From contig RSEE01000030.1 in the NCBI GenBank assembly GCA_003971905.1, positions 620,001 through 684,000 of the forward strand: a stretch of 64,000 nt of DNA, given 5' to 3'. The notes beneath the pieces are model-generated. The model was not told the DNA's origin. It did no database searches and saw only the letters and a list, made by a program, of their open reading frames with translations. Source of the DNA: Moniliella sp. 'wahieum'. Taxonomy: Eukaryota. Positions 10,951-22,419 of this stretch are shown here, in pieces (positions within the stretch are counted from its first letter, which is position 1; the number at the start of each line of letters is the position of its first letter). Position numbers and translations under genes: made by a program.

Positions 10951-12052
10951 ACGAGGAAGTGCTATCGGATGACATTCTTAGTCCCTTCGCAGCCTCCGCT
11001 AGCTTTTGTTGGAGGGTAGTGCTGGGGTTCCCTTGCACGGCCCTCGGTGGATCGCGGAAGAGTTCCGCTCGCAGGGCGCACGCGCCTGCTCGCTTCATTT
11101 CCCTTCTCTCTCTCCTGTCTCCTTCCCTTCAACTCGATGTTGCCTGAAGACTTGTGGCTCACCTCTTTGCCTTCACGCCTGTCTGAAGGCTGCTTTGCAA
11201 CTCATCCATAGGATCGCGAGTGCTCCCAGGTCGCACTCTATTTCCATCTGCCCAGTCGCGCGAGCCTTCCATCAGCCGTGTCGGTTCTCCGTACCTCAGC
11301 ATGTCGCGTGGGTTCCTTTCACAGCCACTGCCATGCCTCAGCCCTGGAAGTGTCTGTCCGCTCCACTGCATCTACCGTCGCTCAGCCCGGAGGCTTCAGA
11401 CACGTTACTATACCCTGCAGCCGGCGTATACGCAGCCTTGCCACGCGTGCAGTCGCCTCGGCTTCACGCCCAAAGGCTTCTCCTCCTCGCTCGGATCCAC
11501 CAAGTAGCCCAAACCCGAAACTACCGTGAGTCGTCTTTCACCTAAGGGACTGTACCCACCAACCTGAGCAAGCCCCTAGCAGGGCCCGCCTGCGACAGGG
11601 CCGTCGTAAGCCACCTCTGGACCATCGATCATCCTTGCTCCATCCTTCCACCAATTCCCTTTGCCTCCCCCTCTCTTCTTGTCCTTCCCCCCCGCACTTT
11701 ATTTTTGTCGCAAAGACCCCAATTGCTTTCCACATTCCTCTTGCTCCACCGCTCCGCGGCAGTGGCCAGGTCGACGGCAGCGGGGGCACAAACGTGGGAG
11801 TGGATTGATGGGGACCGTGTGCCAGTGTGGTCGTTGGTGCGGCAATGGGGGCACCGGCGGTGAGTACGGGTAGGGGGCATTTTAAGGGAGTGGAGGGACG
11901 CGTCGACGCGACTCCGTCTGTCATATGCCCGATGGTTGGCGCAGCCAGCTTCCCCCCGTCACGTGCAGGTGGGGGAGCAGTAGGGTTCAGGTCGGGGGCA
12001 GTAGGGTTGTTGGCGGATTTCTTTGGGTCCTGCCATATGGTAATAGAAGATG
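10951..12052 (-). repeat. Right arm of the dispersed inverted repeat (partner 2707-3859)
   Basis: Reverse-complement match to 2707-3859, with parallel translations in both arms (e.g. QRLLLLARIHQVAQ.RNYR.SSFT* and WRVVLGFPCTA). Confidence 0.9.
11629..11880 (-). CDS. Zinc-knuckle ORF copy in the right arm (degenerate or frameshifted)
   Basis: MPPTRTHRRCPHCRTNDHTGTRS...GLCDKNK; the last Cys of the first knuckle is lost. Confidence 0.4.
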   Translation of the reverse strand: MPPTRTHRRCPHCRTNDHTGTRSPSIHSHVCAPAAVDLATAAERWSKRNVESNWGLCDKNKVRGGRTRREGEAKGIGGRMEQG

Positions 12053-12222
12053 AGACTCAGTGGCCACCAGCGAGAGCTGCCCTCACGCCATGATCATCGA
12101 TCTCATCGGCCACCGCATGTGATTGACGTCACAACGGCGTTGGCGCCACGCGACCCCCCCCCTCCCTCTTTTCTTCCACCACCCTTGCCTGCCTTCCCAC
12201 CCTTGCCTGCCTTCCACCTGCC

Positions 12223-13055
12223 ATGACCACTGCTCCTTACCCCATCGACCGCAACACCATTGTGCATGTGTACCGCTCCCCGCCGGTGAGAACGGTACCA
12301 ATACCGCAGCCTCTACTGCTGAGACAGCCAATTCTCCCTGTGTGGTCTACTTTGACCATCCGCCCCCCAACCTCAACTCCCCAATCTCCCCAACCCTCCC
12401 AACCCCCCCAAGACTGGTACGGAGCTTGCGCGGGTTGCGAGTCCTTCACGCTCTTCTTCACCTTCCGTTCCGTCGACATGGGACGTGACCTTTTCAGCCT
12501 GCTCGCATTCTGGACATGTTATGAAGCAGTCTTGTTGCTTTTTACCCAGAGCCCGACACGGGGACAAATCTTGCTTCTGATTCTTAATGTGATGCGCGTG
12601 GTGTACGTGATTAAAGCGGCGGAAGAGAGGAAGAAGTATGCCGCCATTGCCGTTGGTGTTCTTGGTTGGATCACCTTGGTGGTTGTCACTGGCATTGAGT
12701 CGGTGACCAATCCGCACAAAAATGATGCCGCTGACACGATCTTCTTATTGATCGCAGTCTCTTCCGAAGCAACATTGTTTTGCAGCTCTTTATGACTTCC
12801 GTTACCCATGCGAGTATGGGTGTCATTGATTCCTTTTTCATTCGTCTGTTGGGAAAAAATCGCCCTACCAACGCCCAACACAATCCGCTGCCGGGCTCTG
12901 GGATGACCATGTGCAGGACAAGCCTCGCTCCAGTGAGGAGGAGGACAACAACCGCATGTCTGCCAGCATTAAGCCTGTTGAGGGAGGTCTGGTTTGATTC
13001 ATTCTTCGATCGGTGTCCTATGCCTGTTGGCCGTGGTGTTCTTGTCCCCAGTTAG
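12223..13055 (+). CDS. Orphan multi-pass membrane protein (paralogue of 49461-50274); frameshifted
   Basis: MTTAPYPIDRNTIVHVYR..., hydrophobic segments ILLLILNVMRVVYV, YAAIAVGVLGWITLVVVTGI and DTIFLLIAVSSEATL; clear DNA similarity to the minus-strand copy at ~50 kb. Confidence 0.6.
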
Positions 13056-13310
13056 CGCTCAGCAGACCCCCCCGCTTCCATCCACTTTTGCTTCCCATCC
13101 CGTATACCGCTCTCCCACTCTACCCTTCTTTGCGCCCTAGGCGGACACTACGCATTGCTTGTATATGCCTCTGAAACCTGCTCCCTTCTGCCCAAAGATC
13201 TACTTTGCTCCCTACCAAGAAACAAGAGGAATGCCGGACAGGGAGGATTGTCGTTCCACTACCAATTCGTGTATCAAAGACATGATGAAAGGGGAGGTGG
13301 AAGGTCGTAG

Positions 13311-13380
13311 GGGCGGATAGCTCAGGGGTAGAGCGCTTGCTTAGCAGCATGAGGTCCGGGGTTCAATTCCTGTTCGTCCA
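13311..13380 (+). tRNA. tRNA-Ala(AGC)
   Basis: GGGCGGA/TTCGTCC acceptor stem with a G3:U70 pair, D-arm GCTC..GAGC, anticodon TT-AGC-A, GGTTCAATT T-loop, and a T-run terminator directly after. About 2 nt short, probably sequencing deletions. Confidence 0.85.
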
Positions 13381-13528
13381 TTTTTTTGGCTGCGCGGCAG
13401 ACTGGGCTCCTGCGAGCGTGCTGGCTTACGTATGGCGGGGGCGGAGGCGTTGGCGCTGGCAGCGCGCATGCAAGCACACCCTGCGCGCTGCCGGCCCCAC
13501 CACCTCCGCCCGAGCCCACCCGAGTCCA

Positions 13529-14048
13529 ATGAGCAGCGAGCCAGCCGGCGCACCCGACACGCCGCAGGGTGTGGTTGCGTCCGACGCGCCGCCCCTGCGT
13601 GCGGTGATCAAGAACGTCGACATGACGGCCGAGATGCAGGCGAGTGCGATTGCGCTGGCGCAAGAAGCGCTGCGCGCCCACACGCTCGAAAAGGATATGG
13701 CCGCCTTTACCAAGAAACCTCGACGCGCTGTTTGGGCCGACGTGGCAGAGCGTCGTTGGCCGGGCATTCGGATCCTACTGCACACCGGTACGTTGCCCCT
13801 TCCCTCTGCGCCCTTGCTCCCCCCTGCGTTCCCCACCACGTTTCTGGCGGCGGGCTGGACACGCCTGACCCTCTTCCTCCTCTTTCTACCCTTGGGGGTT
13901 CCGCAAACAGAAGTACGGCACTTTATCTACTTTGTACGTTCCTCTTCCCCCCCCCCACGGCCCAGTTGGGCGGGTTGCACAGCACCATGACCACCACCAC
14001 GTGTTGCCAGATTTGGGCGACTACGCGTTCCTCTTCTGGCGCGCCTAG
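13529..14048 (+). CDS. DYN2: Dynein light chain LC8; two introns (~13788-13910, ~13933-14010)
   Basis: AVIKNVDMTAEMQ...EKDMAAF.KK..D..FGPTWQSVVGRAFGSY...HFIYF...LGDYAFLFWRA*; GTACGT donors. Confidence 0.9.
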
Positions 14049-14579
14049 CCAGCTAGCTAGCGTCCTATCCCTCCTTGTATCCACCCGGTGGCCATCCGTT
14101 GGCGTGTTGGAAAAAACTACACACACACACACCAGTCAAATGTGATGGGCGCGCGTATGGGGCGCACCCCTCCTCTGGGCGCCTTTCCTGAGTCTGTGCT
14201 GGCACACGAAATGAAAATGGAGATGGACATGGACATGGACATTGAGCAGGGCATGGCAATGATCGAGAGAAAAAAAAGAGGCCCGGGCACCAACCCAGTC
14301 CTTACTTCAGTACTCCCACAGCCCTAGCCCCGCCGCGACCAAGCCAACGCGAGCAGGAGCGAAGCATAAGTCACCTTGGCAAACCCAGCCGCCGGCACCC
14401 CAAAGTGCCAGGTGGCGCTGACCCCAAAGTGGAGCAGGATGAGGGCGGAGAGCGTAGGAGCGTAAGTGGAGAGCGGGGGTAGAAGAGGAGGATGTGGGGT
14501 GGTGGCGGGTTGGGGATGGTGGGCTGGTCGGGCTGGCGAGAACGAATGGGCGGCGATGCCTGAAGTGGGTCCCAGGGGG

Positions 14580-15837
14580 TCAAAAGGAATCGGCCTTGAG
14601 CGCCCGCCAACGCCGCGGCCATGATGAGCTGTTCAGGGGCGCAGAGGGGAGGGGAGGGGAGAGGGGTTAATACGTTACTACCGAACATGACCCAACGAGG
14701 AGCATACACATACCGTCGTTCCAGGCTAAATAGGACCCCATCAATGCGCCACACAGCGCGAAAGAGACACTGGCACGTCAGGTAGGGGAGCCCCAGGGTA
14801 GCTTCCAATGCCCGCTGTTCATGCAGCCGGACTTGCTCTTCAAAGTCCTCTTCTTCCTCCTCTGCTTCACTTTCTTCACACTCGCCCACCTGGACCAAGT
14901 CGAGTCGTGTTGTGCTTGGAGCGCATCCCGAGCCTGGACCAACTGTTCGCGGCCGAGCTCAACCCGGGTGCAGGAGCCAGGTCGTCGCGGTCCCAAGCTC
15001 GGCGGGGGAAAACGGCGGCAGCAGCAGTGGTGGCGGTGGCAGTGACAGTGGGTGTGCGAGGCAGTGAGGGGCGGAAGAGCACTTCGGCACCAGGAGGGCG
15101 TAGAGCTCCAGTTGGCCCAAAATCTGGAACGAGCCAACCACTGTTTGGGCCCCGCCCAGCGAGACTGGTCCACAGCGCCATGCTAAACCGGGGATCTTGG
15201 GCGCCCACGCCCATCCACCCGTGGCCCGGTGCGAAGGGATCGGATTCCTGCTCCTCTTCCTTGCCCAGTCCACACGAACCGCCAGCTCGGCGAGCAGCAA
15301 CGCATTGGCAGTGGCTAAAGCGCCCAGACGAAGCAGTTCTACAGCAGCAGTGTGCGAGAGAAAGACACTCAGTGCCTCCGTTCCCGGCAGGGTTCGGTAT
15401 CTTCTGCCTCGGCCAGGGGAAGCAGGGGCACATCTCCTCCAGCCCATCCGCCTCGCCTGGCGCAGGGCGACGACCGCAGCAACGCACGCACGGCAAGGCT
15501 GGCCCAGGCAGCGACGCGCCAGGACGCGGTGCGCATCTCCAGGAAGCCAACCAAAACACGCGCCGAGCACAGTGACGGCAGCCGTGAGCGACGGGTGGAG
15601 GGCAGCATCGCACTGGGCATCGACCTTGGGCGGGAGCAGGGCAGTGGGGCAGGGGGGTGGGGGGGGCAGCACAGGAAGCAGGCAGGCGCGGGCGCGCGGC
15701 GATGGCGAGGAGGAGTAGGAGGAGGGCAGCGGGGGTGAGAGAGGATGTGCGGAGGCGGAGGCGGCGCCACTCGTCGGCGTCGACGAGGACGCGGTGCTGC
15801 CAAAGGTCCAGGCGGAGGAGAGCGCGGGCGGGGGCAT
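14580..15837 (-). CDS. Hypothetical protein, divergent from the SPF45-like gene
   Basis: Long GC-rich frames (MPPPALSS...; EEEEEDFEEQVRLHEQRALEATLG...) and a probable GTATGT intron ~14634-14713. No family recognised. Confidence 0.4.
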
Positions 15838-16129
15838 GCGTAGCAGATGGCAGGCGGCGGCAGCGGGACAGGCAAGCAGGCGAACGGGCGAACCGGCGAA
15901 CAATCGCGCGTTGGTACAGGGTGGTCTCAGGACTTCTCTGTACCCACTGGTTACTCGTAGCAGGCGCTCGGTTGCGTCTGCGGTCGGATTCACATCTCAG
16001 ACTGAGTGCCAGGCGGCCGCATGGCAGCGTTCAGTTTCAACTTGCAATCCACCTGCTGTTCTGGCCCCGACGGGCCATTCGCAGATCCACGTACGTCGAG
16101 CTCCTCTTCCGCGCCCCATCGCCCGCGCC

Positions 16130-18052
16130 ATGCCCCCGCCCCGGCCCACCCCACCCGCGGGAAACGCGGCCTCCTCGTCGCTTTACGCCGGCATCCTCCC
16201 TCCGCCCCCTCCCGCGCCGCCCCCGCCCAGCACCACCCGCCCCTGCGCGCCATCCCCGAGGACCAACCGCTGACGCATGGCACCATCGCCCCCCAGCCTG
16301 CCCTTGGAGCGCCGCCCTTCGCTTCGAGCCGCGGGCCGCCGCCCGCAAACGGCCCGTCCATGCCTCCTCCATCTCCGCCATCTCCACCGCGTCGTCATGG
16401 ACAGCCCGCGTGCCTCCCTCGCCTCTCCTCCAGTTCCTCTCCCCTCGTCTCCGCCGCCTCTACCAGCTCCACCGCCTCCATCGCCCCCAGCAGCGCCCCT
16501 GCCACCAGCACCCTCCTCCTCTCTAACAGCAAACGCCCAGCACGGTTCGCTCCCCCCCCCCTCTCCCTCCCGCTGACGAGGTGGAGGCAGAACGCATCTT
16601 GGCCAAGGCCGATGCGCAGCGCGGGGGGGGAACCCATCCCGACCTCGTGGCATGCGCCGCCCATCACTTCCAACCCCACTGTCCTATCGCGCAAACGGCC
16701 ACGCTTCGTGCTCTCCTCCACCTCACCTCCGCATCCTCCACCACCGTCACCTCTTCCGTCGCCTCTCTGCCATCCCATCCCTCTGCAAAATATGCAAGCA
16801 GATTATGATCCGCGAGTCCCCAATGAGTATCCTCTATGTCCAACTGCGGCAACAGCGTGCGCGTGCGCTCAAGGACCACCCTAGTCCGCCTTCACCAGTA
16901 CGCCCACTTGGTGCAGAGGACGAGGAAGCACCTCGACCTACCGCTACTGCTCGACCGCCTGGGCCACCGCCTCCAGGCCCACCGCCTCCGGGCCCGCCGC
17001 CTCCACGTCCTCTCTTACCAGTCCCACCTCCCCCGGGCCCGCCACCAGTTCCCCCTTCCTTCCTCTTCCCCCCCGATGGTGGGGACCCGACCGAAGCGGA
17101 ACTGGGCCAAGACAAGCAGAAGACAGAAGCCCCAGGTACGAACGCCGTCGTAGTCGAGGACGCGGCGCCCAGAAGTGCCAACTTGCTGTGGATGCAACCT
17201 GCCGTTGGGCCAGCCAACCTGCCCGGACGGGCAGGCGCGTCGGGCTTTGCGGAGCGCATGATGGCTCTGTATGGTTACCGTGCTGGGGAAGGACTGGGGG
17301 TCGAGCGGCAAGGCATTACGGAACCGTACGGGTCCGGGTCGAAGGGCCCGAAGAGCGGAGGGTAGGCAAGATTGTTGATCTCAATCCGGCTCCCCTGGGC
17401 GAGGCGGAGCGAGACAAGTATGGGATGGCGAGCGAGACGGTGCACGTGTCGTGTTACCGGCCGTTGGACGGGGCGGCAGAACAGATTCGTACGTTGAACG
17501 TGGACACGTGGACGCTCCGTTCCCACCGCCAGCGGGTAAGCCAAGAGCGAAGAAACATACTGACACAAGCAACAGGGGAGATGTGTGCCGAGTGGGGGGT
17601 GGTGCAGAAACTGGTCGTACATGCCGGAACGATTTTCGTGCGCTACACGGGCCCCGCGGGGCCTGGCGTGCGGTGCGCGAGTTGGACGGGTAAGATCCCT
17701 GTCCCTTGGGGGACGGGGCAAGCGCCCGGGGCACTGACACCCAGACAACGAATGAGAATGCGCGTGCTGACCTTTTGCTGTGTTTTTCGCCTCAAGCCGA
17801 TCCTTGCTAGGTACAACAGTAACCGCCCGCTACTTTCCCTCGGCGCTCATGGATCAAGGAGTATATCAAGAGGAACGAATGATTAATGACGCCCGCCCCC
17901 TGTGCCGCCAACCGAACAGCCTGAGTACACTACGGGTAAACGCTGCTGCCACTTTCTACTACAAGCAGAAGGGCATTTTGAGGCCTCAACCAATTCTCAA
18001 CGTTCAATCTGATTGGTCCTCGTTGAGGCTAAGACTAAGGGATGAGGAATGA
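16130..18052 (+). CDS. SPF45: Splicing factor 45 / DRT111-like G-patch + UHM/RRM protein
   Basis: SLYAGI N-terminus, DYDPRVPNEY SPF45 motif, G-patch FAERMMALYGYRAGEGLGVERQGITEP, C-terminal RRM CAEWGVVQK...IFVRYTGP..AWRAVRELDG...VTARYF. Introns and frameshifts; ends approximate. Confidence 0.8.
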
Positions 18053-18716
18053 GGCATAAAATGTGGATAGGAAAATAATGCAATGCGCGGGGAGAGGCAA
18101 CCGCCAAGCGGCGCTCAGGAGGGGCAGGACCAGTCAGAGAAAAAAGTTGGTATAGGGATCAGCATGCGGCCCGAAGACCGTCAGCCTGACGTGCAAATAA
18201 AAAGAGTAGTCATCATGGTGTTGCTGCCCCTCCGAGGCCGCTCAGGCAGTCGCGCGGCGACCCGGACGATGGAATGGAAAACAGAGGTCAGAGGATCCAC
18301 AAACACACACAAACTCGCATCTGCCCAGCAGACGAGTACACTAGGGGGAAGAAGACACATTCATCCCGGTGGAGGTGCACCCAAGCACGCAAGAGAGGTC
18401 AAGAGAAAGTGGACGGGTGCGTGCAGACGCGCAGCAGAGTGCGCGGGGCACAGCCGGCTGAACTTCTTGGGGATGGTGCTGGGGCAGACAGAGAAGAAAC
18501 CGGCGAAGAAAACGCAGTTAAAAATCAAGAGCGGAATTGGGCAAGTGCGCGGAACGGGGGGCGGAACTGGCGCCGGACGGCTCCTGCGTTGGGGCTGAAC
18601 GGGTGCGTGCGAACAAAGGCAGCCCGGCCAGGCCCAGGTGGCCGCCAGCAGACGGTTAGTATTCCGTGGCGGAGCGCTCGGACGTCCGCTGGGCCACACC
18701 ACCGTTGCTGACCGCC

Positions 18717-19943
18717 ATGTCGCTCCGGAGCGGGATCAAGCGCTTCGTGTCGCGCTCGCTGCTCAACCTTTCGCGCAATGTGGAGGACGTGGTGGAGATG
18801 AAGTCGTTCAAGCGGCCCGGTGGCGGCGTGCTGCCGCTGTGGCAAATGGACACGGGGAGGACCTGGACAACTTTGCGCTGGGGTCCGACAAGGACATTGG
18901 GGGGCTGTCGACGTGCGAGCTGGTGTACGATGGCGAGCAGCAGTCGGGCCGGTTCCGGGGCACCATCACCTCGGACATTCCGCGCGGCGCACGGTTGGGC
19001 CGGAGTGGGTATGCGGCGCTGCGCAACCGGATCGGCCAGGCGTTTGCTGGCAACGCGTATGACGACGCTACTTCCCTGCCCTACCTCGTGCTGCGAGTGC
19101 GCGACCACCTTGCTGGCCCGCCGGCGCCCGGGTATGACCCTGCGGCACCGACCACTGTCATGTCCGAGGTGGAGAAGTTGTTGCTAACGGCAATGGAGGG
19201 ACTCAGAACGCACCCCATGCACTGCCCCCTACCCAGTCTTTTTCCCGGTTCGGTGCAGAGACGGTTCCACCGACCTTTCTCTCCGCATGTCGGGGCACAT
19301 CCCTAACGCGGACGTGCGCCGTGCGCTTGCGCAGGTCGCTAAGGACCGGCCGCCCGGCGAGGCCAAGGCGATCTGGGCGCTGGGCTTGGGGGTTCGAGAG
19401 CCGCCGGGTCCCAAGTACTATGTCAATGTGCAATCCGCCAATGTGAACCTTGCCAATCCGTTTGATTTGTTCCAGCACCGTCTCTGGCTCGATCCGCGTG
19501 CTGGCAACGAATGGCAGACGGTCGTCATTCCCTTTGATGCGTTTGCTGCCTTTGCCCAAGGTACGGTGCAGTTCTCGGAACGCAAAATGCACCGCGATGC
19601 GATTGCCAGCGTGGGCATCAGTGCGTTTGTCGAACCGCCGAACGGAGTCTTGGCCCGTCGGCCAGGTGCGATCGGCTCCCGTGGTCTCGCTGCCCTCCGT
19701 CGAGCCGACACAAGTGCCGTACCGGTCAAGCTGAACAAATCCGAAGCTGCCCAGCAGGAGACAGACCCAGAGCCTGAGGCTGAGGAAGGACGCTCGAGTC
19801 TGTATGCCGCAGATGAGTCTCTCTTCCGCCCTACTGCCACCACCCCGCCACAGCGTCCCAAGGCGGCCACTTTCAACTTTGATTGGTATCGAGTCGGCCA
19901 TGGCGACCGGGACAGGGTCCATGGACGAGCTCTACCTGCTTGA
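18717..19943 (+). CDS. CIA30: Complex I intermediate-associated protein 30 (CIA30/NDUFAF1)
   Basis: Mitochondrial-type basic N-terminus; ALGSDKDIGGLSTCEL, GRFRGTITSD, RSGYAALRNR, YLVLRVR, KYYVNVQ, LFQHRLW, WQTVVIPFDAF motifs. Frameshifts. Confidence 0.88.
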
Positions 19944-21052
19944 GATGGACTACATCTAAGGAACAGGGAATGGCTATCCTCCACCGTCTCCTGTTTGGGA
20001 ACAGACTAGATTTTGATTGGCACAGCTGCTCTCCCGTGTCTTGTATTTGGTAGTCAGGAAAAGATGAAGCGCTGGGAAGTGGAATTTGGAAGTGACGCTA
20101 TGTTGTTGCTGTGTGAGAGCTGAAGCGCTTTGTTAGCCTTGCACATGGGCCGTAATGGCACTGACAGATTGTCAAGGCAGTCATGCCTGCCCGTCCACAG
20201 TGTGGTAACTAAATTATAGACGAGGAGAGTTTTGAACACCATCAGTTGGTGTTCCACACGGTATTTCGTCCCACGGAAGGTTAAGGAGTAAGAGATGTGG
20301 TTTCGTTCCGCCGACCTAATGGCTGTAGACAGTGACTGATGAAAGAGCCTGTGGACGAAGCGTTTCCCCTATCGCGCCACAGAAAAGAAAAGAGAGTTAT
20401 AATGGACGGGGGTTGGATACTAAGTATAGAAGGACGCAAAATAAGTACAAAACAAACAAAGTATGATATAGTTCCCCGCCATTCATCAAAACGCTTACTG
20501 TATTAGGCATGATCCTATGGAGGTATCGGGTCTACCAGCAGTACTAAGAGGAGTGTGAAAATTCAATGGGCTAATGCTTTATGGTCGTTGTGGACTGACT
20601 GACGGCCTGGAAGTTGAACAACATATATACTCTCTCCACAAGAAGTCATGGTCCCTTAGACCTGCGGGGCTTGGTTCGAGTTGCTTTCGTACGACCGAGG
20701 TCATCCGTACGTTGTTTGGATTTACTTAGCCGTCTGCCTTCATATCCTGTGTCGAATCACTTCTGATATGCCTTTTGAAGTGAAATGCAAACAATCTCTG
20801 AACTGAGTCTTTGCTACCTGTGACGCGCTCTCCCCATATACTGTTCTCGTTTTCCTGGAAAATCTGCCCAGTTCTGTGTGTGTTTTCGGCCCTGGGCTAT
20901 TGTAGTCCTGTGGGTGAGTAGTATGGGAAGTTTTCCCCTCTTCGACCATCTGTGATCTTTGCAACAGATTAGAAGATGCGACGCTCGCCTCCCTCTCCCC
21001 GTTTGCTTCGGCTTTATTAGCGTCGTCGCATTCTTTTACAGATCGTGCCTGT

Positions 21053-21295
21053 ATGGCTCTTGAGACAGGGTCTTTGTTCCTTGTCGTCGACGTTTCAGTC
21101 TCGAGTGTGTCCTCTTCGTCGTATATACATATGGATATTCGTTTTGATCCTATACTCACGCCCGCTTCACGGCATGCCATCCATATTATTGACCTCGTGG
21201 ATAGTGGTATACCGCAGGGAGTTGGGTATTCTCCAATGCCAAATCCGACACTACAGAGTCGACTTTTTGTTCCAATGACTAGTGATAGGACATGA
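21053..21295 (+). pseudogene. Possible protein-kinase relic (subdomains VIb-VII)
   Basis: YIHMDIRFDPIL...IHIIDLVDSG resembles HxDIxxxNIL...IIDF. The conserved Asn is missing and flanking frames are closed. Confidence 0.25.
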
Positions 21296-22419
21296 CCGCA
21301 TGACCGACTCTGCCTGCGTCGCTCTTTCCCAGACAATCATTTAGGACCACGCGCCACGGACTACCGCGGGGCGTTTACAGTCGTGCCCGACACGGCGTTT
21401 TTGATGCGAACCGACGTCTCGATTAAATGGGCCTCATCTTCCCTCCTCTAGCTCCATTGCGATGCCAGGAGTGTTGAACGTTCAGCATGGATCTGCCTTG
21501 TATATGGAGTCTGTTCACCTCCAAGAAAATCCCCCAAAGTGAATGTGGACCCCTACGACACGCCTCTCAATCCCAAGTCTGTCCATGACAACCGCAGGGT
21601 GAAGCCCACATGACGATTCTACTAGCAACAGGCCACAGATCCACGTCAGAGAAGCGCCCGTGAAGAGGCGTCTTACGCTTCTCTTGTCGGTCAAAGAAGA
21701 AAAGCGCCTTGTTGGCCGGGACCATTGACTCTCCGCTCTTTGATTATGCAGATTGTGCCACAGATAAGAAGAAGTGCCAAAGGCAGTATAAATTCCGACC
21801 ATTGATGTGGAATTTCGATGATTGAACGTGGCTCAGGCTGAGCGGCTCAGGGCTCAGGCTGAACGCTTCAGCGCTGACACATCTGATGTGATCGGATGAG
21901 ATCTACGGCACACAGTTCATCGATGAACGATCATCTCGAACATCGACCCTATCTACGCCATAGAACTGTAAGGTTACAAGATCGACCGGGGCGCTTGTGT
22001 TACTATACACAAGCACACATGCGGGATGAACGGGTCGGTTTAGGCGCAGCATTTCCTCGTCCCTGCCTTAAAAGCTCTTTGAATGATATGGTTACAGTAT
22101 AGGGATCCTATAGGCCCTATATGCTCCCAGATTACAGCTGCTTTAGAAGCTCTCTGGAATAGAGGAGGGAGCTACGGCATGTGAAGGGGCTATAGATAGG
22201 ATGCCTATGGGGCATTTGGAGCCTTACTATATATATACTGACTCTCTTTTCCTACAGGGCACACGGGAGATAATTTTATCGTTTGCAATCATGACATATT
22301 CAGCAGTAATCTAGTGATCATCCTCTTATGTTCCTTCTTCCTTGTATTTTTCCTCCGAAGCCGAGAAGCGTTTTTTACATAGGGTTGTTCGAACCCCTGT
22401 TTCTCCAGGGGCTGCATTG

